Positions 11,317 to 23,095 are shown, counted from the stretch's first letter. The stretch: 32,000 nucleotides of DNA from Deinococcus radiodurans R1 = ATCC 13939 = DSM 20539 (GCF_000008565.1 NC_001264.1:256346-288345); one strand, 5' to 3'. Notes: generated from the letters alone by a model not told the origin. Numbers and translations: made by a program.

Positions 11317-13674
11317 TTACTCCGAAAGCTGCACCACCGTCCGCGTCGGGTCGGCTTCGATTTCAGGCTGGGTAAAGGGCAGTTTGACCCACTCACTGCG
11401 CGAGAACAGCCGCGTCTGGTCGCTGAAGTAGGGCGACTCGGGATTGCTCGACTGGCTGTAGGTCAGCACGGCTTCGGCCTGGACGCCGCTGTCGGTGAAG
11501 CCCACCGTCTGGATATAGCTGCTCGCGTTGCCGACGACGCCCCGGTAGCCACCCGGAGCGAGCGGGTTGAAGTCGATTTTGTCGAGCACGCCCTCGAACT
11601 CGGCGCCGCCGGGGAGCGAGATGAAGTCGCCGCCGCGCACCACGCCCTGCACCTCGCCCAGCGGGGCGTCGAAGGGAATGCCAGCGGCAGTCAGGGCGGC
11701 GGCGGCTTCCCGCAGAGCCCCCAGCAAGGCCGTCTGGGCAGCGGGGTCCGCCGTGTTCAGGCCGCGCGGCGTGTTCACCGGGTCGGCGGGGTCGAAGGGC
11801 ACCGCGTAGACGTTGGGAATCGCCCGCGCCCGGCGCCAGAATTCGCGCCAGAGGGCCGCGCCCCGGCTTTCCTGCGAGCTGCGGCGGTCCCAGGCCGCGA
11901 GCGCGTTGCAGGCGGGTTGCAGCTCGGCGCCGCCTGCCGACTGGCACAGCTTGGCCGCGTCGGCAGCGTACATTTCGCCCGTGAGATTGCTCTCGCGCAG
12001 CAAGGTCGCCTGCAAGGTCGGAATGTCGAAGGTCCGGCCCGGCAGGCCATCCGTGCCGCTCAGGCGCCGCCCGATTTCCAGCAGGCCCATGCGGGTACGC
12101 GGCGACTGCGGGGCGTTGACCTCGCCGACAAGCGGGTCGAGGCCGGTTTGCGGCGCGGCGGGGTTGGCGAGCCACGCGCTGTTGTTGGAGTTGGCGACGA
12201 AATCCTGGCGAATCAACACCGGCATCTTGTCCGGCGCCCGCAGCCCCGGCACCCGCGAGGCAGGGTCGGTTTTCCAGTCGCAGGCCGAGTGGCTGCCGTC
12301 GAGCACGGCCAGCCCCGCCGCCGGAAACAGCGGCGCGAGCGGCGGAGGCGTGCAGGCCTGCTGCTGCGCCGCCGACACGTTGGGCGAACTGGAAATGTCG
12401 GCGTAGAGCGCGCTGCCCGCCCGGTCCGCCGCGATGGTGTTGACCCAGGGAATGCCCTGCACGTTCAGCGAGGCGCGGATGTCCCGCACGCTCTTGGCCC
12501 CGGCGAACCCCAGCCAGGTGGCGAGCATCCGGGTGTTGTTGCGGTTGGCGTCGCGCAGCGCGAAGGCGTACTGCGGTGTCCAGGTCAGCCCGGCGGCGGG
12601 CAGGTTGACGAGCGGCCCCTCGGGCGTGAAATACACCGTGCGGGTGTGCAGGCGCGGACCGTTGGCCGTCTTGACCTCGATGACAGCGGTGCGGCGTTGC
12701 AGTCGGCGTTGCTGGCCGTCCTTGACATAGCTCAGCGGGTCACCGGGCACCAGCGTGAGCGCCGCGAGGGTAAAGCGCTTGTCGGTGGACACGGTGTGCG
12801 TCCAGGCCACGTCCTGATTGAAGCCGATGTTGACGACCGGCATCCCGCCCAGGCTGGCGCCCATCACGTCGAACTGGCCCGGCAGGGTGAGGTGCAGTTG
12901 GTAAAAGCGGTTCGACGTTTCCCAGGGAAAATGCGGGTTGCCGAGCAGCAGGCCGCGTCCGTTCGTCGTCGCCTCGCTCCCGAAGGCCCAGCCGTTGCTG
13001 CCGATGGGCAGGTCGTTGAAGCGGTACTGCCGGTTGAAGGCGGCGAGGTCAGGACGCGGCGCCGCCGTGCTGGCCCCCGCCTGAGGAGGCCGGGCGCTGG
13101 TAATGGCGCTCACCATGGCCCCGGCGCTCGCCTGAATGGCCTTCTCTTCCCCGAGGCGCATCACGTCGAGTTCGGTCAGGGGCCGCACCCAGTCGGCGTT
13201 CCGGCAGGCCGAGGGCCACTGCTCCGGCGGCGTGTCGCGCAGGTAGCGGTTGACGCCCGCCACGTAGCCGCGCATCAGCGCGAGAATCTGCGGCTGGTCG
13301 CGGTAGCCCGCCTGCAAGCGGCCCGGCTCGATGACGGTCTTGAAAAACACGTCGCTGTCGAGGTTGTTTACCGGCTGAAAGCCCACCACCGTCTTGCCCT
13401 CGGCCCCCAGAAACTTGGAGCGCTCGCCGCGCACGGTCATGACCTGGTCGGCGAGCAGACAGAGGTTGTCCTGCGCGTAGCTGTAGCCCACGCCGTAGCC
13501 GATGCCGCCGAGGTCGGACGCCTGAATATGCGGAATCCCGTGGGCGGTGCGCTGAATCTGAACCTGATAGGTCTGGGCGCTCGCCGCCCCGCCGAGCATG
13601 AGGGGGCCGAGCAGCAGAGAGCCGAGCAGCAAACGCGCGGGAAGCGAGACGGAAGAAAAGGGGGAACGCGACAT
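11317..13674 (-). CDS. Secreted Ntn-hydrolase acylase of the penicillin amidase / acyl-homoserine-lactone acylase family
   Basis: 785-aa ORF with ATG at 13674 preceded by GGAGG. The signal peptide is LLLGPLMLGGAASAQT. The N-terminal region IQRTAHGIPHIQA and the putative beta-subunit nucleophile context GSNGWAFG are typical of this family. Confidence 0.8.
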   Translation of the reverse strand: MSRSPFSSVSLPARLLLGSLLLGPLMLGGAASAQTYQVQIQRTAHGIPHIQASDLGGIGYGVGYSYAQDNLCLLADQVMTVRGERSKFLGAEGKTVVGFQPVNNLDSDVFFKTVIEPGRLQAGYRDQPQILALMRGYVAGVNRYLRDTPPEQWPSACRNADWVRPLTELDVMRLGEEKAIQASAGAMVSAITSARPPQAGASTAAPRPDLAAFNRQYRFNDLPIGSNGWAFGSEATTNGRGLLLGNPHFPWETSNRFYQLHLTLPGQFDVMGASLGGMPVVNIGFNQDVAWTHTVSTDKRFTLAALTLVPGDPLSYVKDGQQRRLQRRTAVIEVKTANGPRLHTRTVYFTPEGPLVNLPAAGLTWTPQYAFALRDANRNNTRMLATWLGFAGAKSVRDIRASLNVQGIPWVNTIAADRAGSALYADISSSPNVSAAQQQACTPPPLAPLFPAAGLAVLDGSHSACDWKTDPASRVPGLRAPDKMPVLIRQDFVANSNNSAWLANPAAPQTGLDPLVGEVNAPQSPRTRMGLLEIGRRLSGTDGLPGRTFDIPTLQATLLRESNLTGEMYAADAAKLCQSAGGAELQPACNALAAWDRRSSQESRGAALWREFWRRARAIPNVYAVPFDPADPVNTPRGLNTADPAAQTALLGALREAAAALTAAGIPFDAPLGEVQGVVRGGDFISLPGGAEFEGVLDKIDFNPLAPGGYRGVVGNASSYIQTVGFTDSGVQAEAVLTYSQSSNPESPYFSDQTRLFSRSEWVKLPFTQPEIEADPTRTVVQLSE

Positions 13675-13805
13675 GGAAGCCTCCGGGAAAAAGAAAAGGG
13701 CAAGGCACGGCCCGTGGGGACCGCGACACTGAACTAGAAATGGACGGGCGGCAGTCTACCCCCAGCGGCGCCGGGAGAGGGCAAATGGCCGTCAATAAAT
13801 CGCTG

Positions 13806-13934
13806 TTAGAGCATTTGACAGAATGATCTGGTCTGTCTTTGACCCTCTACCTTGATGGGACTCGGAGAGCTGCACCGCAGAGAGGGCCTTGCGAAGCAAG
13901 GGGTGCAGGTGTCTTTTTCTGTCAAATGCTCTAA
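13806..13934 (+). repeat. Small non-coding repeat (MITE-like), copy B with perfect 18-bp terminal inverted repeats
   Basis: ttagagcatttgacagaa (13806-13823) is the exact reverse complement of ttctgtcaaatgctctaa (13917-13934). The interior is homologous to 6174-6304. Confidence 0.8.
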
Positions 13935-13937
13935 AGC

Positions 13938-13972
13938 AGAGGGGAACACGCAGCGGTCACGTGCTCCCCTCT
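13938..13972 (-). terminator. Strong stem-loop downstream of paaK (candidate terminator)
   Basis: agaggggaacacg (13938-13950) pairs with cgtgctcccctct (13960-13972) at 12 of 13 positions. It lies 34 nt after the paaK stop. There is no clean T-run. Confidence 0.45.
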
Positions 13973-14005
13973 CCAACAGGCTGCCAATCCCCGTTTTTCT
14001 TCCGC

Positions 14006-15286
14006 TCAGCGGTCGCCGCGCAAGTCGGTGACGCGGCGCAGCTTGCCGCCCTCACTGCGGGGGAGGCTGCCGGGTACGTGCAGTTCGCAGCGCACCGTCA
14101 CGCCCACCTGGGCCTTGATCTGGCGCTCGATTTCCTGGCGCAGGGCGGCGCTTTCGCTCAGGGCTTCGATTTGCAGCGTCAGGTCGTCCATGATGCCGGT
14201 GCGGGTCAAGATGACGTGGTAGTGCGGGCTGGCCTGGCCCATGCCGAGCAGCACCGCTTCGAGCTGCGTGGGGTACACGTTGACCCCGCGCAGGATAATC
14301 AGGTCGTCCGAGCGGCCCCGGATCTGGTCCATGCGGCGCATGGTGCGCCCGGTGCCGTTTTGGGCGGGCAGCAGCCGGGTAATGTCGCCGGTCCAGTAGC
14401 GCAGCACCGGCAACGCGGTGCGGGTCATGCTGCTCAGAACGAGCACGCCCCACTCGCCGTCGGGCAGCACTTCGCCGGTGTCGGGGTCCAGAATCTCGGG
14501 GTAGAAGTGGTCTTCCCAGAGGTAACTGCCCCGCTGCTCGCTCACGTCCTCGTTGCTCACGCCGGGGCCGATGATTTCGGACAGGCCGTAGATGTTGGTC
14601 GCCTTCACGCCCAGCCGGGCTTCGACCTCGGTGCGGGTCTTGTTGGACCACGGCTCGGCGCCCAGCACCGCGTATTGCAGCGAGATGTCTTCCGGGCGCA
14701 TCCCGCAGCGGCCCAGCGCCTCGGCCAGCACCAGCGCGTAGCTCGGCGTGCAGGCGATGATCTGCGGTTCGAGGTCCTGAATAAGCTGCACCTGCTTCTC
14801 GGTGCCCCCGCCCGAAATGGGCACGGTGCACATGCCCAGCCGCTCGGCGCCGCCGTGGGTGCCCAGGCCGCCGGTAAACAGGCCGTAGCCGTAGGCGTTG
14901 TGGAACGTCATGCCGGGGCGCCCGCCCGCCGCGTAGAGGCTGCGCGCCACCACGTCGGAAAAGACGTTCAGGTCGTTGGCATCATAGGCCACCACGGTCG
15001 GTTTACCCGTGGTGCCGCTGCTCGCGTGGATGCGGCGCAGTTGGTCGCGGTCCGTCGCCAGCAGCCCCAGCGGATAGTTTTCGCGCAGGTCGCTCTTGCG
15101 GGTCAGCGGAAAGCGGGCGAGGTCGTCGAGCGTCTGTAGGTCGTCCGGGCGCACGCCCAGGGCATCGAATTTGGCGCGGTAGGCGGGCACGCGCTCGTAT
15201 TGCCGCGCCACCATGACTTGCAGTTGCGCGAGTTGCAGCGCGCGGAGCTGGGGCAGGGGCAGGGCCTCACGTTCAGGTTGAAACAA
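14006..15286 (-). CDS. paaK: Phenylacetate-CoA ligase family protein (PaaK / coenzyme F390 synthetase-like)
   Basis: 426-aa ORF with a TTG start at 15286 preceded by GAGGTG. Regions ...RFPLTRKSDLRENYP..., SSGTTGKPTVV and the C-terminal GKLRRVTDLR are typical of PaaK-type adenylating enzymes. Confidence 0.85.
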   Translation of the reverse strand: MFQPEREALPLPQLRALQLAQLQVMVARQYERVPAYRAKFDALGVRPDDLQTLDDLARFPLTRKSDLRENYPLGLLATDRDQLRRIHASSGTTGKPTVVAYDANDLNVFSDVVARSLYAAGGRPGMTFHNAYGYGLFTGGLGTHGGAERLGMCTVPISGGGTEKQVQLIQDLEPQIIACTPSYALVLAEALGRCGMRPEDISLQYAVLGAEPWSNKTRTEVEARLGVKATNIYGLSEIIGPGVSNEDVSEQRGSYLWEDHFYPEILDPDTGEVLPDGEWGVLVLSSMTRTALPVLRYWTGDITRLLPAQNGTGRTMRRMDQIRGRSDDLIILRGVNVYPTQLEAVLLGMGQASPHYHVILTRTGIMDDLTLQIEALSESAALRQEIERQIKAQVGVTVRCELHVPGSLPRSEGGKLRRVTDLRGDR

Positions 15287-15423
15287 GGAAAGAACACCTC
15301 CGGGACGGTCCAGCAGGACCAGACAACAGAATCTGAATTGAGACTTGTCCCGAATTGTAAACCCCTAACGAACGTTTGGTTGGTTGTTGCCCAGAGGAGT
15401 GCCGCCCGCTCTCCGCCAGCCAT

Positions 15424-15448
15424 AAAAAATCCCCCCGATGTGGGGGGG
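15424..15448 (-). terminator. Intrinsic terminator after the ankyrin gene
   Basis: On the minus strand, ccccccc / gggggga arms (15442-15448 and 15430-36) are followed by tttttt (A-run 15424-15429 on the + strand). The structure lies about 24 nt after the stop at 15472. Confidence 0.7.
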
Positions 15449-15471
15449 CCAGAGAAAACTGAAGCGGCGGT

Positions 15472-16014
15472 TCAACCCGAGCTGCGGGCCAGCCGTTCTT
15501 CAAGCCACGTCACCGAAGGCTGCGCGTTCATGGTGCGGGCGGCGTCGAGGGCGCTGGTGCCCGCGCTGTCCCGCGCTTGTAGGTCGGCGCCTCGCTCCAG
15601 CAGCAACTCCAGAATGTCGAGCCGGGCAAACATCGCCGCGAACATCAGGGCGGTGCGGCCCGTCGGCCCGCGGCTTTCCACGTCTACACCGTGGTCGAGC
15701 AGCAGTTGCACCATCGGCAGCTCGCCCTTGAAGGCGGCGGCTTGCAGCGGCGTCTGGCCCATGTCGTTGGCGATAGAGGCGTCGGCGCCGCGTTCGAGCA
15801 GCAGCCGAGTCGCGTCGAGATGGCTGTGGTAGACAGCGAGCATCAGCAGGGTGTCACCCTTCTGATTGCGGACATTGAGCGGCAGGCCCTGGTCGAGCAT
15901 CACGCGCAGTTCGGCGGCGTCGCCGGCACGGGCGACTTCAAAAGCGCGTTGCAAAAATTCGAGCACCTGACGGTCGAGGTCTGTGGGCGCAGAAGATGAG
16001 GTCATCGGAAACAC
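15472..16014 (-). CDS. Ankyrin-repeat protein
   Basis: About 4 ANK repeats are present (GDTLLMLAVYHSHLDATRLLLERGAD, GQTPLQAAAFKGELPMVQLLLDHGVD, GRTALMFAAMFARLDILELLLERGAD, GTSALDAA). The start is GTG at 16014 or ATG at 16005. Confidence 0.85.
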   Translation of the reverse strand: MFPMTSSSAPTDLDRQVLEFLQRAFEVARAGDAAELRVMLDQGLPLNVRNQKGDTLLMLAVYHSHLDATRLLLERGADASIANDMGQTPLQAAAFKGELPMVQLLLDHGVDVESRGPTGRTALMFAAMFARLDILELLLERGADLQARDSAGTSALDAARTMNAQPSVTWLEERLARSSG

Positions 16015-16026
16015 GTCCTTGGGGGC

Positions 16027-16761
16027 TTAGCGCTTGGGCGCGGGGCGGTAGAGCTGCACGAACGCTTCACCGCGCGGCACCGGACGGCTGCCCAGCACGC
16101 GGCGCACGTCGGCGTCGGCGGGGAGGGGGGTCACCTCGCCCTTGCCGGCCACCTTGAGGTAAGGCGCGAGCGCGGGCGCGGTGTCGGCCATCTGGCGGAA
16201 GCTGGCAGCGGGCAGCGTGTCGCGGAAGGGACCGTACCCGCTGAGCTGCGAGAGCAGGGTGAGGTGCTGCGCCTCGCTGGCGGCGATCTGGGCCATCGTC
16301 GCGGCGAGTTCGGGCTGCGCGGCGGCGAGCTGGTGGGCCGCGCCGAGGTAAGCGCTGGTCGAAATCTGCTCGAGCTTGAGCGCGGTGTCGGCAAAGACGC
16401 CCGCGTCAGTCAGCAGCCGCGCCGGGAGGGCAAACGACGCCGTGAGCGGGCGGCCCCCCAGCGAGCACAGCAGTTCGAGGTGATGCGACTCGGCGGCGAG
16501 CACGCCGCGCAGGTCGTCGGCGGTTTCGGGGGTCAGCATGAAGCTGGCGTGACTGAGCACCTGAAAGTACAGGGTGACAGACAGCGCCTCGGCGGTGGCC
16601 GCGAGGTCGAGCACGGAACTCTGCTTGCCGACGGGCGCCCCGGCGCCGCCCAGGCCGAAAGCGTCACTGAAACTCGCGGCGACGGCGGTTCCGGCGAGGC
16701 CGCGCAGGAAGGTACGGCGACTGCCTTCGTGGGGTCTGCCTGTCTTGAGATCATCGGTCAT
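16027..16761 (-). CDS. Tat-exported ferritin-like domain protein (Ferritin_2-like)
   Basis: The ORF is open to 16893, but the ATG at 16761 is preceded by GAGGAA. The twin-arginine signal is SRRTFLRGLAGTAVAA. Paired four-helix-bundle-type motifs are AESHHLELL and SEAQHLTLL. Confidence 0.7.
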   Translation of the reverse strand: MTDDLKTGRPHEGSRRTFLRGLAGTAVAASFSDAFGLGGAGAPVGKQSSVLDLAATAEALSVTLYFQVLSHASFMLTPETADDLRGVLAAESHHLELLCSLGGRPLTASFALPARLLTDAGVFADTALKLEQISTSAYLGAAHQLAAAQPELAATMAQIAASEAQHLTLLSQLSGYGPFRDTLPAASFRQMADTAPALAPYLKVAGKGEVTPLPADADVRRVLGSRPVPRGEAFVQLYRPAPKR

Positions 16762-16930
16762 GGTGGGGTTCCTCGTGAAGATGAACGGGGGGCCGGGCCA
16801 GCCCAAACGCTCTGTGCCCGGCCCCTGCTCGTGAGACTCAGAGCAGTCCTCCGAATTCCGTGGTGGGAGGAAAAGCGCCCCACACCACTCCATTCTCCGT
16901 TCTGCTCATCCAATTCACTCGCTTCGCTCG

Positions 16931-16967
16931 GTCCTCAAGGTGGCGTCTATTCCGCCACCTTGAGGAC
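16931..16967 (-). terminator. Perfect 15-bp stem-loop immediately after katE (T-less terminator or RNA processing/stability element)
   Basis: gtcctcaaggtggcg (16931-16945) pairs perfectly with cgccaccttgaggac (16953-16967) across a 7-nt loop. It lies 7 nt after the katE stop codon. No U-tract follows on the transcribed strand. Confidence 0.5.
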
Positions 16968-16974
16968 TAATGGT

Positions 16975-19251
<2,277 letters not shown>

Positions 19252-19511
19252 GAGCCACCTTCCTTTGAGAAGAGCGAAGTGAAAGTCAGCCACCAGAGCG
19301 CGGCCTTTTCGGGAAGACGTGTTCCTGGGAAACCCCAGGTGAACCCCCACAGAGTAGGCGCAAAGGGCGCCGTGAAAAAAGAAACACCTATTACGAAGAC
19401 TCACTTCTACTTGATCTTCAAAGGTTCTCTAAAACCCACTAACTTGCAAAGATTAATCGGATAAGTTAGATGACCAATAGTTATTAAAGTGGGCCGCACT
19501 CGGCAGGCAAA

Positions 19512-19539
19512 GGCAAACCTGCTCCGTGTCCGGAACAGG
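19512..19539 (-). terminator. Candidate terminator of the liv-type operon
   Basis: cctgctccg (19518-19526) pairs with cggaacagg (19531-19539) at 8 of 9 positions. It is followed on the minus strand by the T-rich tttgcctttgcc and lies about 34 nt after the livF stop. Confidence 0.4.
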
Positions 19540-19572
19540 CCTCCCCTCCTCTGCTGTGCGCCTTGTTTCCGC

Positions 19573-20289
19573 TTACCCGCCCAGGTAACTCGCCACCACC
19601 GCCGGGTCGTCCGCCAGCCTCGCGGCGGGGCCCTCGAGTTTGACGTGCCCGCCTTCGAGCACGTAGCCGTAGTCACTGATGGCGAGCGCGGCGCGGGCGT
19701 TTTGCTCGACGAGCAGCACGGTCACGCCGCTGTCGCGCAGTTCGGCCACGATGTGCAGGATGTCGCGCACGATCAGCGGCGCGAGACCCAGGCTCGGTTC
19801 GTCGAGCAGCAGCAGCTTGGGCCGGGCCATCAGCGCGCGGCCAATGGCGAGCATCTGCTGTTCGCCGCCCGAGAGGGTGCCGGCGAGCTGCTTGCGGCGC
19901 TCCAGCAAGCGCGGAAAGCGGCGGAACACGTCGGCCAGCCCACTTTGCATGCCCGCGCGCTGGGTGTAGGCACCGAGTTGCAGGTTGTCTTCCACCGTCA
20001 TGGAGCCGAACAGTTCGCGGCGCTCGGGCACCAGCGTCATGCCCGCCGCCACCCGGTCTTCGAGCGGCATCTGGCGAACGTCGCGGCCCGCGTACCGAAT
20101 GACGCCGCGTGAGGGCAGCGCGCCGATAAGGGCCGCCAGCAGCGTGCTTTTGCCCGCGCCGTTCGCCCCGATGACCGACACGATTTGCCCGGCCTCCACG
20201 CTGAGATTGACGCCCGTGACCGCTTCGACGCGCCCGTAGGCCACGTGCAGGTCGTCCACTTGCAGCAGCGCCCCAGGGTGGCCCGTCAT
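19573..20289 (-). CDS. livF: Branched-chain amino-acid ABC transporter ATP-binding protein (LivF-like)
   Basis: 238 aa counted from the ATG at 20289, which overlaps the upstream gene's TGA as ATGA. Motifs are Walker [10 protein letters not shown], signature LSGGEQQ and Walker B LLLLDEPS. The 520-aa ORF in the track is an upstream over-extension. Confidence 0.9.
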   Translation of the reverse strand: MTGHPGALLQVDDLHVAYGRVEAVTGVNLSVEAGQIVSVIGANGAGKSTLLAALIGALPSRGVIRYAGRDVRQMPLEDRVAAGMTLVPERRELFGSMTVEDNLQLGAYTQRAGMQSGLADVFRRFPRLLERRKQLAGTLSGGEQQMLAIGRALMARPKLLLLDEPSLGLAPLIVRDILHIVAELRDSGVTVLLVEQNARAALAISDYGYVLEGGHVKLEGPAARLADDPAVVASYLGG

Positions 20290-22049
20290 ACTTCCGCCCC
20301 CAGATAGGCTTCGCGCACCGCCGGGTTGCTGCGAACCTGCTGCGGGCTGCCCTGCGCGAGTTCCTGCCCGCTGTTCATGACCACCAGACGGTCCACCAGA
20401 TTCATGACCAGGTCCATGTCGTGCTCCACGATGAGGATGGTGACGCCTTCGTCGCGCAGTTTCCTGAGCAGCGTCGCAAGCTCCTGTTTTTCTCCGAAGC
20501 GCAGCCCCGCCGCCGGTTCGTCGAGCAGCAGGAAACTGGGGTCGGCGACCAGCGCGCGGGCGATTTCGAGCAGCCGTTGCTGGCCGAGCGCGAGGTTGCC
20601 GGCCTGCTCGTAGGCTTGCTCGCTCAGGCCGACGCGTTCGAGTTGTGTGAGCGCGAGCCCTTGCAGCGCCGCTTCCTCGCCGCGCTCGAGGTGCAACATG
20701 CTTCGCAGCAACCCGGCCTGACCACGGGCGTAGCCGCCCATCATGGTATTTTCGAGCAGCGAGAGTTCGGGAAACAGCTTGACGTGCTGAAAGGTCCGCG
20801 CCACGCCGAGGCGGTGAATCGCCCGCGCCGGCAGCCGCCCGGCGTCGTGGCCCAGCACTTCCACCGTGCCGGAGGTCGCCGGGTTGACGCCCGTGACGAG
20901 GTTGAACATGGTGGACTTGCCCGCCCCGTTCGGCCCGATGAGGCCCACGATTTCGCCCGCGTTGACATCGAAGCTCACGTCGTTGACGGCCTTGAGCCCG
21001 CCGAACTGCTTGACGGCGTTGCGTACTTTCAGTATCGGACTGCCGGGCGCCGGGGTGGGCCGGTGCGGAAAAGTCACGGCCCGCGCCAGCAGCCGGGGCT
21101 TGCCCGCCGGGACAAAGCGCTCGATAAGCGGCCACAGCCCGCGCCGGGCAAATTGCAGCGTCAGGATAATGAGGATGCCGAGCACGACGATTTCGTAGTT
21201 GGTGTTTTCACCGAGCAGCCGGGGCAGCACGTCCTGCAAGACCTCGCGCAGCAGGGTGATGAGCACCGCGCCCGCCACGCCGCCCCAGACGTAGCCGCTG
21301 CCGCCGATAACCGCCATAAAGAGGTACTCGATGCCCACGTTCAGCCCGAACGGCGTGGGATTCACGAAGCGCTGCTGGTGGGCGTAGAGCCAGCCCGCCA
21401 CCGACGCCATGACCGCCGAGAGCACGAACACCTGCACGCGCAGGGCAAAGGTATTGGCCCCGAACGCCTCCGCCACCACCGGCCCGGTTCGCAGCGCCCG
21501 CAGCGCCCGCCCGAAGCGGCTGGAAAGCAGAAACTGGGCGGCCACGATGGTCAGCGCCAGAAACGCCAGCGCCAGATAAGCGAATTCGCGCGGCTGGTCG
21601 AGCACCCTGCCGAAAAAGCTGACCGGCGGAATCTCGCGGATGCCGGTAAAGCCGCCGAGCGCGGGCGTGTTGCCGAACACGTAATACAAACTGATGCCCC
21701 AGGCAATCGTCGCCAGCGGCAGGTAGTGCCCCTGCATCCTCAGCGTGATGAGGCCGAGGATATTGGCGACGGCGGCGGTGAGCAGCATCCCCGCCGGCAG
21801 CGTGAGCCAGGGGCTCCAGCCGTATTTGGTGGTGAGCAGCGCGGTGGTGTAGGCGCCCACGCCCATGAAGGCCGCTTGCCCGAACGAGGTCAGGCCCGAA
21901 ATGCCCGTCAGCAGCACCAGCCCGATAACGGTGATGGACACGATGGCGATGTTCGTGAGCAGCGTGACCTGAAACACCGGCAGGACCAGGGGCAGCACCA
22001 GCGCCAGCACGGCGGCGATAATGGCGAGCAGCGTGCGCGGGCGCATCAC
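20286..22049 (-). CDS. Fused branched-chain amino-acid ABC permease (LivM-like) and ATP-binding (LivG-like) protein
   Basis: 587 aa. The N-terminal ~330 aa is hydrophobic and permease-like. The C-terminal ~250 aa carries GPNGAGKST, the FQH Q-loop, [15 protein letters not shown] and LLLDEPAAG. The start is GTG at 22049 or ATG at 22046, overlapping the livH stop. Confidence 0.88.
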   Translation of the reverse strand: MMRPRTLLAIIAAVLALVLPLVLPVFQVTLLTNIAIVSITVIGLVLLTGISGLTSFGQAAFMGVGAYTTALLTTKYGWSPWLTLPAGMLLTAAVANILGLITLRMQGHYLPLATIAWGISLYYVFGNTPALGGFTGIREIPPVSFFGRVLDQPREFAYLALAFLALTIVAAQFLLSSRFGRALRALRTGPVVAEAFGANTFALRVQVFVLSAVMASVAGWLYAHQQRFVNPTPFGLNVGIEYLFMAVIGGSGYVWGGVAGAVLITLLREVLQDVLPRLLGENTNYEIVVLGILIILTLQFARRGLWPLIERFVPAGKPRLLARAVTFPHRPTPAPGSPILKVRNAVKQFGGLKAVNDVSFDVNAGEIVGLIGPNGAGKSTMFNLVTGVNPATSGTVEVLGHDAGRLPARAIHRLGVARTFQHVKLFPELSLLENTMMGGYARGQAGLLRSMLHLERGEEAALQGLALTQLERVGLSEQAYEQAGNLALGQQRLLEIARALVADPSFLLLDEPAAGLRFGEKQELATLLRKLRDEGVTILIVEHDMDLVMNLVDRLVVMNSGQELAQGSPQQVRSNPAVREAYLGAEV

Positions 22050-23095
22050 TCTTCCTCCTCGTCATGGTGCCGGGTGGAGAGGGAACGCCACAGCAGCACC
22101 GGCAAAATCAGGGTGAACACGATGACTTCTTTCCACTGGCTGAGGCTGAAACTGGCGTAACTCTCGATGAGGCCCACCAGCAGCGCCCCGATGGCGGCCA
22201 GCGGAAAAGACGCCAGCCCGCCGATAATCGCGCCGACAAAGCCCTTGAGACCGATGAGGAAGCCGGTGTCGTACCCGATGGGGAACTTGGGGCCGATGAG
22301 CAGGCCGCTCAGCACGCCCATCAAGGCCGCCACCGTAAAGGCGAGTGACCCGGCGAACTCGGGCCGAATGCCCACCAGCCGCGCGCCCAGCCGGTTCACG
22401 GCGGTGGCCCGCAGCGCCTTGCCGAGCAGCGTGCGCTCGAAAAAGACGGCGAGGCCCGCCATCAGCGCCAGCGAAACGACCATGACGAGCAGGTTCTGGT
22501 AACTCAGCGAAAAGCTGCCGATGTGGAGATCACCGCTGACGAAGGCGGGCGTGTTGCTGCCCTCGGCGCCGAAGAACGCAAGCCCCAGCCCGGTGAGCGC
22601 GAGGTGCAGCGCGACCGAGGCGATGAGCAGCACCAGCACGGTGGCGTTGCGAAGCGGCTGGTACACCACGCGGTAAAGCAGCGGCCCCAGCGGCACGACG
22701 AGCAGCAGCGTCAGCAGCACCTGCACCGCCAGTGGCGCCTTGAGCGGCGCGAGCCAGCCGGTCAGCGCCCACAGCAGCGCCCAGGCGCCCAGGCCAATCA
22801 GGACACTTCGCAGCGCCGCTTGAGTGTGCCCGGCGCGCAGCGACTGTACCACGTTCAGAATCACGCTCAGGGCGAGCAGCGCCAGTACCAGTTTCAGCGT
22901 GCCGGGCACCTTTCCTGCTTGCAGGCTCGCCAGCGTCAGCGCCCCGAACATCACGAATTCGCCCTGCGGAATAAAAATCACGCGGGTCACGGCAAACACC
23001 AGCACCAGCGCCAGCGAAAGCAGCGCGTACACCGCGCCGTTCGTCAGCCCGTCGGTGGTCAGGATGGGAAAAATGGTGGGGTCAAAAATATCCAC
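22046..23095 (-). CDS. livH: Branched-chain amino-acid ABC transporter permease (LivH-like)
   Basis: 349-aa polytopic membrane protein. The N-terminus [37 protein letters not shown] is typical of LivH. It ends in an acidic tail, HHDEEEE. Confidence 0.88.
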   Translation of the reverse strand: MDIFDPTIFPILTTDGLTNGAVYALLSLALVLVFAVTRVIFIPQGEFVMFGALTLASLQAGKVPGTLKLVLALLALSVILNVVQSLRAGHTQAALRSVLIGLGAWALLWALTGWLAPLKAPLAVQVLLTLLLVVPLGPLLYRVVYQPLRNATVLVLLIASVALHLALTGLGLAFFGAEGSNTPAFVSGDLHIGSFSLSYQNLLVMVVSLALMAGLAVFFERTLLGKALRATAVNRLGARLVGIRPEFAGSLAFTVAALMGVLSGLLIGPKFPIGYDTGFLIGLKGFVGAIIGGLASFPLAAIGALLVGLIESYASFSLSQWKEVIVFTLILPVLLWRSLSTRHHDEEEE

